This document shows positions 20,464-27,731 of a DNA stretch of 50,306 bases, piece after piece. Numbering within the stretch: the stretch's first letter is position 1; every line of letters begins with the position of its first letter. The stretch is from Thermococcus sp. JdFR-02 (GTDB taxonomy: Archaea; Methanobacteriota_B; Thermococci; Thermococcales; Thermococcaceae): assembly GCA_002009975.1 (NCBI GenBank), contig MTLP01000005.1, positions 1 to 50,306 on the forward strand, read 5' to 3'. A program made the translations under genes and the position numbers. The notes beneath the pieces were generated by a model. That model was not told the DNA's origin. It did not search any database and saw only the letters and a list, made by a program, of their open reading frames with translations.

Positions 20464-20809
20464 ACCTGAAGGCCCGTATTACTCTCCACGGGAAATAGCC
20501 AAGATTCTTGGCACTTCGGTTGACGCCATTTACGTCTGGATAGAACAGGGGAGAGTTGCAACACTGAAAATACACTATGGGATGAGAGTGTATCATTGGA
20601 TACCGAAAGAAGAAGTTAAAAGGCTCAAGAAGGAGAAACCTCCAAAAGACAGAGTGTTAAGTACTCGTGAAGCCGCTGAAATTCTTGGCGTTAGACAGGA
20701 AGACGTGGTGCAGCTTATTCATTCCGGCAAACTCAGAGGCATCAAAGTAGGATTGTACTGGAAGATACCTGAAAGTGAAGTCTTGAGGTTGAAACAAACA
20801 GAGGGATAA
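20441..20809 (+). CDS. Tandem excisionase/MerR-type HTH protein (two HTH domains)
   Basis: YSPREIAKILGTS..WIEQGRV..WIPKEEV and LSTREAAEILGV..IHSGKLRGIKVGLYWKIPESEV. Confidence 0.85.
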   Translation: MQTPKIPKPEGPYYSPREIAKILGTSVDAIYVWIEQGRVATLKIHYGMRVYHWIPKEEVKRLKKEKPPKDRVLSTREAAEILGVRQEDVVQLIHSGKLRGIKVGLYWKIPESEVLRLKQTEG

Positions 20810-20843
20810 GCACTTGAAAAAGAAAAGTTGGAGGGAGACAGAC

Positions 20844-21113
20844 ATGGCAGCACTCCTCTACGCCTTTCAAGGAAATGAGATTGCCATAGAGTATGACCCC
20901 AATAAGATGTTTGCCTTTCCACATACAAAGGCATTTTGGTACACTCCCGAAATCCCAGAAACCGACAGATTGTCCTGTTCCTCTCAAAAGCCCACAGCAT
21001 CTCCCTTCTTTGGGTTTTTGAAAAACAACAAGGAGACAGGAGGACTTGTGGAACAACCGGTGAACATGGCTTCTTTTTCTACCCCTTTGTTTTCTTGCCA
21101 GATTTTGGTATGA
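20844..21113 (+). CDS. Possible hypothetical protein or degenerate ORF overlapping hairpins
   Basis: RBS-like GGAGGGA before the ATG; the 3' half coincides with a stem-loop; no recognisable motif. Confidence 0.3.
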   Translation: MAALLYAFQGNEIAIEYDPNKMFAFPHTKAFWYTPEIPETDRLSCSSQKPTASPFFGFLKNNKETGGLVEQPVNMASFSTPLFSCQILV

Positions 21114-21168
21114 ACAACCAGACCTCTACAGTTAAGATTTTGGAAGTTTGCTAAGGGTGGTGGTGAAG

Positions 21169-21390
21169 ATGGGGAGGCAGTATTTCACCATTAAAGAGTT
21201 CGCCAAAGCGTTCATGACGTCTGAAGGAGAAGTACTATGGGCAATCACATGGGGCAAAATCAAGGCAGAGAAAGTGGATGGTAAGCTCATGATTCCGAGG
21301 AGCGAGATACTCAGATTACTAAGAAAGGTGAATCCCAACCTAACTGACAAAGACTTGGACATCTGGGAAGAAGCAAACTTTGGGAAATGA
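21169..21390 (+). CDS. Excisionase-type HTH protein
   Basis: YFTIKEFAKAF..ITWGKIKAEKVDGKLMIPRSEI. Confidence 0.8.
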   Translation: MGRQYFTIKEFAKAFMTSEGEVLWAITWGKIKAEKVDGKLMIPRSEILRLLRKVNPNLTDKDLDIWEEANFGK

Positions 21391-21489
21391 TAAGCCTCTC
21401 CTGTTCTTTCTTTTTCTTGGTAGGCTGGTGAAAACACTCCAAAAAGTATATGTAATGAGATAAAGAGATAAAGATTTGAGGGAGGAAGC

Positions 21490-21714
21490 ATGCAGAAGAA
21501 GGAGTACTATACAACTGGAGATGTTGCAAGATTGTCAGGCTACCACTACACTACTGTCCAGCTTTGGATTCAAACAGGAAAGATAGAAGCAAAGAAAATC
21601 GGTGGCTGGTGGAGAATACCCAGAAGTGAAGTTATCAAGATTCTCAAAGAGAAACTTGGCTTAACTAATGAGGAAGTCAAAAAGCTCCTAGGTCAAGAGG
21701 AAGTAAAAAACTAA
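21490..21714 (+). CDS. Excisionase-type HTH protein
   Basis: YYTTGDVARLSGYHYTTVQLWIQTGKIEAKKIGGWWRIPRSEV. Confidence 0.85.
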   Translation: MQKKEYYTTGDVARLSGYHYTTVQLWIQTGKIEAKKIGGWWRIPRSEVIKILKEKLGLTNEEVKKLLGQEEVKN

Positions 21715-21734
21715 AACAGAAAAGGTGAGACCAG

Positions 21735-23591
21735 ATGACCAAGAGCACAGCCCCCAATAGTGGATATGCTGGAACTCCTACAAAGGGTTTATGGAGGGTT
21801 CCGGTAACTGTCTACCGAGCACCAGCAGGTTCAGGGAAAACTACTTACATGGCAAGGCAAGTGAAAGAATGGTGGAAGAAGAATCCAATAAACCGGAAAA
21901 TTGTACTCATCCTTTCTGATAATCACAAAAGTCTTGAAGAAGTTGAGAGGAAACTAATTGAAGCTGGTATTGACCCTAAGCTCATTTTCCACTACTATGG
22001 ACACTCCCAACTGTGCCCTGTTGTTCACTTGAAAAACTTCAGACCAGTCATTGCTTGTAGCATCTGCGAGAAGTTCTATCCGCAAACTGCCCAAAACTGC
22101 CTGTACAAAGAGAGAGTTGAGAAGTTTAGGAGAGGTCACTACAAAATCCTCATAGCTCCTTTTGAAGTCATAAACAACAGAACCTTCAGAGAGATTCAGG
22201 ACAGAATAGCATTCATCTGGATTGAAGAAGACCCTTTCAAAACAAGACCACTGAAAGAGCCAACACCTCAAGTAATTGCAGGGCAATCAAAAATCTACGG
22301 CAGAATGCTTACAGAAGATGACTACATCAACAGAGCTACTGAAATTGAAAAGAAGATAGTGGAAATTTTGTTTCCTTCCAATCTTGACCCTCAAGAAGTA
22401 CCTGCTAGAGCAGTCCTCTTAGCTCAAATCTTCAATCCATCACCAAGAGAGATAGGGTACTACTACAAAATGAAACAAGCAGGTCTTAGTACTTGGCTAA
22501 TCAAACAGTGGTACATCCTTGACGTCATTGAAATTGCAAAATCAAACCAAGCTCCAATCTACATAACTAACGCTTCATTTGACATGAACAAGTGGCTAAA
22601 TGTAGATGTTATTTACTTTGCCATTCATGGAGAGCGCCTCCCAGTAAACCTCACAATTGACAACACTATTTTCTTTAATCCTAGCCCATCTCCCAACATG
22701 ATTGTAAGACTACATTTTGAGGCTTGGTATCCTAGAAACTCCTTCAACAACAGAAGAACAGTGAAGGAAATTGCAAAAGAGATAGTGATTCTTGCTAGTA
22801 AGTTCAAACAGCCAGTTATTCCGGTTATCACTTTCAAGACTCTTGCTGATACCCTGAAAGCTGAGATAGAGAATGAAATCTCCAAGATAAGAATGAAGGA
22901 AGGCAAAGAACTCAAACACTACAATGCTGAGGTCAAGGTCATGACATTTGGAAGTTTGAAGACAAGAAATGACTTTGAAGACTACAAAGTTGGATTCATT
23001 GTCGGCAGTTACAACATTGGGAAAGAGAGCTTGAAAAAAGCGATTGAAAAAGAGCGTGGTCCAGTATTCGATGATAAGGACTTTGAAACAACAAAAGTGC
23101 CAGGACTTGGTTACATCTACACGAATGCTGAGATTGAGGAATTCAGACAAGCGGAAGAAGATGAGGAGCAGTATCAAGCAATCATGAGGTTCAGACCTAA
23201 GAAAAAGCCTACTCTTGTTTTCATCTGGGGCAGAGTTCCCGAGAGAGCTATAAAAGAGTTCAACAGGTATGTCGAAGAAGATAGTGCACTAACTTTCATC
23301 ACAACTTGGCTCAGCCCAAGAAAAAGAAAACTCCTCAAACCCTACATCACAGAATTCACACTGGATGACTTGGTGAAAGTTGGTGAGGCTTATCTCCTCG
23401 ACAGGAAAAACAAAGGGGCAAAGAAAGTTGCAGTTTCAGAGGTCAGGAAATTCTTGGTCAGGCACTTCAAGGTTGACAACAAGAAAATCAACAGAGCTAT
23501 GAGAACACTGAAAGAGAAGTATAGGGTAGAGCAGGTCAAGAAAGGAAAAACTTACAAGGAGTTTTTTGACCTCTCCGACTCAAAGAATTAG
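21735..23591 (+). CDS. Helicase-like putative replication protein with a four-Cys cluster
   Basis: Walker A APAGSGKTT, degenerate Walker B IWIEEDP, LCP..CSIC..NCLY, motif-VI-like QAIMRFR, basic C-terminal wHTH-like tail. Confidence 0.65.
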   Translation: MTKSTAPNSGYAGTPTKGLWRVPVTVYRAPAGSGKTTYMARQVKEWWKKNPINRKIVLILSDNHKSLEEVERKLIEAGIDPKLIFHYYGHSQLCPVVHLKNFRPVIACSICEKFYPQTAQNCLYKERVEKFRRGHYKILIAPFEVINNRTFREIQDRIAFIWIEEDPFKTRPLKEPTPQVIAGQSKIYGRMLTEDDYINRATEIEKKIVEILFPSNLDPQEVPARAVLLAQIFNPSPREIGYYYKMKQAGLSTWLIKQWYILDVIEIAKSNQAPIYITNASFDMNKWLNVDVIYFAIHGERLPVNLTIDNTIFFNPSPSPNMIVRLHFEAWYPRNSFNNRRTVKEIAKEIVILASKFKQPVIPVITFKTLADTLKAEIENEISKIRMKEGKELKHYNAEVKVMTFGSLKTRNDFEDYKVGFIVGSYNIGKESLKKAIEKERGPVFDDKDFETTKVPGLGYIYTNAEIEEFRQAEEDEEQYQAIMRFRPKKKPTLVFIWGRVPERAIKEFNRYVEEDSALTFITTWLSPRKRKLLKPYITEFTLDDLVKVGEAYLLDRKNKGAKKVAVSEVRKFLVRHFKVDNKKINRAMRTLKEKYRVEQVKKGKTYKEFFDLSDSKN

Positions 23592-23785
23592 CAATATGCG
23601 TTAATCTCTTCTATCTACCGAGTTCAACTTGATTGCTTGGTTTTCTGGCAACTTTGTTTCCAAAGATGCTTAAAATAATAATAATGTAACAACAATCTTT
23701 TTCGTTGTCCTCCACCACTCCTAGCATACTCCTTCTTTTCCTAGAAAGAAGAGATTTCCTCCTGACCTAACGCATATTGCTAATT
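23586..23785. other. Structured non-coding domain 2 (candidate replication origin)
   Basis: 18-bp perfect IR AATTAGCAATATGCGTTA/TAACGCATATTGCTAATT plus an inner 14-bp stem (1 mismatch) and an AT-rich core. Confidence 0.75.
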
Positions 23786-23818
23786 TTTTGCCCTATACTC
23801 CTCACACAGAAAACTCAC

Positions 23819-24000
23819 AAACATAATTTTCGTCAGTGAGGTGGAAAGCTGTGGGGGATGTTGAAATCCTTTCCAAACTTCCGACTTTGATTTCAACAAG
23901 ACTCTATTATTATATAGTATGGCAGAAATCAAACATACCAGAAAATAGCCTCCTCTTCACAAGCACCAAGAAAACTTCCGCACTGACGAATATTATGTTT
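23819..24000. other. Structured non-coding domain 3
   Basis: 20-bp IR with 1 mismatch (23819-23838/23981-24000); inner 10-bp perfect stem 23859-23868/23889-23898. Confidence 0.75.
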
Positions 24001-24046
24001 TGCCAAACTGTAGTCCTGATAAGAAAGCTGTTGGGAGGTGGTTTGT

Positions 24047-24241
24047 TTGTTTGACTACTTGATAAACAGTTTAGTTGGGAAGAAAGTTCTTATTAAGACT
24101 ATCAAAGACATCACTATCAAGGGTGTCCTCAGAGACTACTCTCCAGATTTCCTTTGGATTCAGGATGCAGTGATGGGAGGAGTTTATGTCGGAACTGTCT
24201 TTGTGCCAAGAAACACAGTTATTGACATTCTTCCAGTCTGA
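24047..24241 (+). CDS. Sm/LSm-fold protein C
   Basis: SLVGKKVLIKTIKDITIKGVLRDYSPDFLWIQDAV; Sm2-like GTVFVPRNTVIDI; RBS GGAGGTGG with a probable TTG start. Confidence 0.72.
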   Translation: MFDYLINSLVGKKVLIKTIKDITIKGVLRDYSPDFLWIQDAVMGGVYVGTVFVPRNTVIDILPV

Positions 24242-24399
24242 TTCTCTTTTGTTCCACTCTTCCAATCTCAGCTGATGCTTTCTTTCCTCAGTTTTCCCCA
24301 CATTTTCTCCTGTTTTCACTCTACCAGTAATCTACCCTCTCCCCCTCCAAAAAGTAGATGTAGAACTTCCAATTAACAATTTTACACAGAGGGAGAGGG

Positions 24400-25326
24400 G
24401 TGAAGATTGTGGGCTTGTCTCTGCTCTCAGGTAAAGAGCTTCTGGCAAAAAACGGAGGAGAATTACTTGACCGCTTTCTCAGCAGAAACCCAGCATACGG
24501 TGGTAGACTTGGCATGATTACAGGAGAGCAAGGAAGTGGAAAAACCTCCTTGCAACTACTCTTTGCCAAGAACTTTGTTGGTGGGGAGTATGTCATCTGG
24601 AGAGGCAGATTCTTGGCACAGTGGCATAAGTTACCAAACTGGGGAAGCAAGGTAAGGATACTTGTTCACAAGGACGACAGTATAGAATTCTTGAAGTTAC
24701 CTTATGACGGTAGTAGGTCTGAAGTACTTAACATTCCAGTGGTCAGATATGAGAGTGCCAGAGATGTACTGAAGAAGTTAGACAAGAACTACATTAATGT
24801 GATTTACGAACCACCTGGCTACAGAATTTCACAAGAGTTGGTGGAAGATGTCAAAGAGAGGACAGGATTAGTAATCTCGCCCGACAAACTTGAGGAGGAG
24901 AAGCCTGCGTTCTTTTGGTTCGAGATGTTATACCGTCTGCTCACCAGAGAAGACAGAGATTGGTACGCTGTTTTCATAGATGAGGTGGACGACATTTTCC
25001 CAGAGACACCGTCGGGCCCTCAATTCGCCCTCCAAGCGTGGGTGAAAGACATACTCAAAGACCTGAGGAAGGCGTTGGTGTCGCTGATAGTTTCAACTCA
25101 CACAATCCGCAATGTTGACTGGAGGATTCGCACTAAGATACCGACATATATTTACCTGAGAGGAGCAGAGGTGAGGCCGGGGTCTAAAATAAAACAACAG
25201 TATGTCCTCCTCATGGACCCTGGGTATGCTTACATTGAGTGGGGGCGATATGGTGTATTCAAATTCAACTATCTTCCCCAACCAAAATACGACATCCTAG
25301 TACGGAGAGGTAAGAAGGAGGGGTGA
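24400..25326 (+). CDS. HerA/FtsK-superfamily-like P-loop ATPase (candidate packaging/extrusion ATPase)
   Basis: GEQGSGKTS, VFIDEVDD, LRKALVSLIVSTH, VDWRIRT. Confidence 0.75.
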   Translation: MKIVGLSLLSGKELLAKNGGELLDRFLSRNPAYGGRLGMITGEQGSGKTSLQLLFAKNFVGGEYVIWRGRFLAQWHKLPNWGSKVRILVHKDDSIEFLKLPYDGSRSEVLNIPVVRYESARDVLKKLDKNYINVIYEPPGYRISQELVEDVKERTGLVISPDKLEEEKPAFFWFEMLYRLLTREDRDWYAVFIDEVDDIFPETPSGPQFALQAWVKDILKDLRKALVSLIVSTHTIRNVDWRIRTKIPTYIYLRGAEVRPGSKIKQQYVLLMDPGYAYIEWGRYGVFKFNYLPQPKYDILVRRGKKEG

Positions 25327-25569
25327 CACAGAGAGGGAGTACTTTTAATATTTACTATGTCCCGCCTACATAGTCTGCCTCTCGCTCTTCTCTCTTGCGG
25401 GTTGGCCGCCTGGTACCCTGGGTGTTTGTCAACTTTGTTTTCAAGCATGAAAGTTCTTTGAGGATTCAAGTGAACATTCAACTTTCAACTGTTTTACAAA
25501 CAGAAAAGCCTATAAGTGTCAAAGAAGAATACTACAGGTGACAACCTGTTTTTCTGGGAGGTGTTAAGG

Positions 25570-26217
25570 GTGGCAAGATGGGTTCAGGTCTTGAAGGATG
25601 GAGACTGGGCAATGGTACGTGCGGAAGCCATAGATAGTTTTTGGATTACTGAGCGCAAGGATGAAAAGGTTGTCAACTTTGATGTCAATGGTCAGACCTA
25701 CTATCTCCTTTACCCAAGGAAGCGTCTTGTTCCAGACATTTCCGACATTCGCAAGTGGCTTGATGTCGACTATGATGGGGTCTTGACACTCTGGCACTTC
25801 TATGTACTCCCAACACGGTATGATGTCACAGAATTTGTTGTTTCCGTTGCTCTGACTGATTACCTCCACTCTTTCTCGAATTTCAAGAGCTTCAAGAATA
25901 GAGAAGTGGTGCGTCAGGGAGTTGAAGAAGCATTAGAGGAGATTTCGGAGAGAGGAGAAGCGCTAGATTTTGGCTTCACCTTGCCATTGTTTGGTCCAGG
26001 GTGGTGGGAAGATTTGACATTTCCGAAATCATTGCTCTTGGAAGAATGGAATGGTTTCAAACTTGTTTTGAAGTCACACTTTGTGCAAATTATCCCAAAA
26101 CTTCAAGGTGAGGAAAAAATCTCAGATATAGCAGACAGAATTGCCGGTACTATTGTTAACTACTACAACCTTGTTAACTTTGTGAAAAGGAAGTATCCAA
26201 AATTCTGGATTCTTTGA
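25570..26217 (+). CDS. Hypothetical protein (element)
   Basis: RBS GGAGGTG before GTG 25570; BRE/TATA-like AAAAGCCTATAAG at ~25504; no motif recognised. Confidence 0.65.
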   Translation: MARWVQVLKDGDWAMVRAEAIDSFWITERKDEKVVNFDVNGQTYYLLYPRKRLVPDISDIRKWLDVDYDGVLTLWHFYVLPTRYDVTEFVVSVALTDYLHSFSNFKSFKNREVVRQGVEEALEEISERGEALDFGFTLPLFGPGWWEDLTFPKSLLLEEWNGFKLVLKSHFVQIIPKLQGEEKISDIADRIAGTIVNYYNLVNFVKRKYPKFWIL

Positions 26218-26336
26218 CTCTTCCTTCTTTTCTTCCGGTTTGGCAAAAAGATTTAAATCTTGATTTATATCAGTTACTATTGCTTGTGGTATTGTTGCCA
26301 TAGGAGTTATAGGCTCTATAGTCGGAGGCGCTGGCA

Positions 26337-26507
26337 ATGGGTGTTGAATCCGGAAGGAAAACGACAATCTGGGTGAGTGTGGAGTTGAGGGAGGAGTTAC
26401 GGAAGATTGGCAGAATGGGAGAAACTTACGAGCAGGTTATCTGGCGTCTGCTAGAATTTTGGTGGTCCCGCGGCCCGGATTTGAACCGGGGACCTGCGGA
26501 TCTACAG
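26337..26507 (+). CDS. int: Integrase N-terminal fragment Int(N) with a ribbon-helix-helix-like motif (ORF continues to 26693, antisense to the tRNA)
   Basis: 40 codons and then the att, in the same frame as Int(C); KTTIWVSVELREELRKIGRMGETYEQVIWRLL. Confidence 0.88.
26457..26507. repeat. att site, right copy (within the intact tRNA-Tyr)
   Basis: Identical to 17925-17975. Confidence 0.97.
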
Positions 26508-26540
26508 TCCGCCGCCGCTCCCAGGCTAGGCTACCGCGGG
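26463..26540 (-). tRNA. tRNA-Tyr(GTA)
   Basis: CCCGCGG..GCGGA-CTGTAGA-TCCGC..GGTTCAAATCC..ACCA. Confidence 0.96.
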
Positions 26541-26599
26541 ACCCTACAGCCTAGCCCTCATGATGTAGTCATCGATGATGGATTTATAAACTTTTCCAT

Positions 26600-26871
26600 A
26601 ACAAACTTCGCCTTCGCGAAGTTTGATCAAGGTTTGTGTATCATTTCAGAAACAGTCGTTTTTAGAGGTTTTTCTATTAAGGCGATATCTTAGAGTCTGT
26701 TTCAAACTTTCACTCGCTCTAGAACGCAATAATAACGAAACAGCGGCAAAAAGCTAAGTTAAAACTAAAAAACGCATCTGAGCTTTAACATTTGAGATGA
26801 TACACAATGTATTTGTGTTCATTAAGAAGTCAACATACTTTTGATCAAACTTTTCTGACGAAAAGTTTGTT
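26600..26871. repeat. MITE/REP-like element with hairpin-forming terminal inverted repeats
   Basis: AACAAACTT-N10-AAGTTTGATCAA at the left end and its inverse at the right end, same 10-nt spacer length, non-coding interior. Confidence 0.6.
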
Positions 26872-26872
26872 G

Positions 26873-26950
26873 TGGTGGGGCCGCCGAGATTTGAACTCGG
26901 GTCACGGGATCCCGAATCCCGCAGGATAGTCCAAGCTACCCCACGGCCCC
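26873..26950 (-). tRNA. tRNA-Pro(CGG)
   Basis: GGGGCCG..CGGGA-TTCGGGA-TCCCG..GTTCAAAT..ACCA. Confidence 0.95.
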
Positions 26951-27035
26951 CCAAGAATAATGCTCAAAAAAGCAATTATAAAGATTATCCTCAAAAGATA
27001 TAAAGCATGGGTAAAATATCCAATCTGGTGAGGCA

Positions 27036-27731
27036 ATGAAAAACTTACTCCCCTTCCTTACGAGAGTTCCATTAAAAGGAGACTTTGAAAAAGCGAGAGA
27101 AGAGTTATGGAGTTTGCCCCTATTAGCGATTGTTACATCCTTTTTACCTTGTTCAATCATTTATTTCAAAGTGCCCTTATTTAACGTGCTTTCACTTTTA
27201 GCACTTTACTGGATTATAGGTCTTCTGCATCTCGATGGATTAGCGGATTTTGCCGATGGAATTATGGTTAAGGGAGACAAAGAGAGAAAAATTAAGGCAT
27301 TAAAAGATGTTAACATTGGGATAGCGGGAGTTTTTGTCGTCGTTATGGTACTCCTTTTACAGGTTTACTCTTTAAGTATTGTTCCTTTTTACGCTCTCTT
27401 TTTAGCTGAACTAAATTCAAAATTTGCGATGCTTTTAGCTTTGGCTACAAGAAAGCCTCTTGGCAAGGGTTTGGGAAGATACTTCATGGAGAAGATGAAT
27501 AAAAAGCAGCTTTTGGTTGGCGCTGTAATTTACGTTTCTCTTCTCTTAATAGTTTTCTTTTTTGATTCAACAGCCTTCTTATCTCTTTTAGCAATCCCAT
27601 TTGTTCTCTATCTAATTACACTCTCCCTTAACAACTTTGGAGGGTTAAATGGGGATTGCATTGGAGCTATCGCTGAGCTTACACGAACTTTTACGCTTTT
27701 AGTATTTGCTTTGGCTGGTGAGATAATATGA
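27036..27731 (+). CDS. cobS: Adenosylcobinamide-GDP ribazoletransferase
   Basis: [30 protein letters not shown]. Confidence 0.93.
   Translation: MKNLLPFLTRVPLKGDFEKAREELWSLPLLAIVTSFLPCSIIYFKVPLFNVLSLLALYWIIGLLHLDGLADFADGIMVKGDKERKIKALKDVNIGIAGVFVVVMVLLLQVYSLSIVPFYALFLAELNSKFAMLLALATRKPLGKGLGRYFMEKMNKKQLLVGAVIYVSLLLIVFFFDSTAFLSLLAIPFVLYLITLSLNNFGGLNGDCIGAIAELTRTFTLLVFALAGEII

Larger units (their letters stand above)
17925..26507. mobile_element. 8.5-kb integrated element (provirus/satellite/plasmid) in tRNA-Tyr
   Basis: 51-bp perfect direct repeat at both ends matching the 3' half of the tRNA; split integrase; excised circle would be 8,532 bp. Confidence 0.95.

Noticed and set aside
23836-24054. 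72-aa plus-strand ORF
   Set aside because: No RBS or motif, and it coincides with the inverted-repeat domain.
24071-24319. 82-aa minus-strand ORF in the element
   Set aside because: Overlaps Sm gene C antisense for ~170 nt, and its charged N-terminus simply mirrors a pyrimidine tract; not fully excluded.
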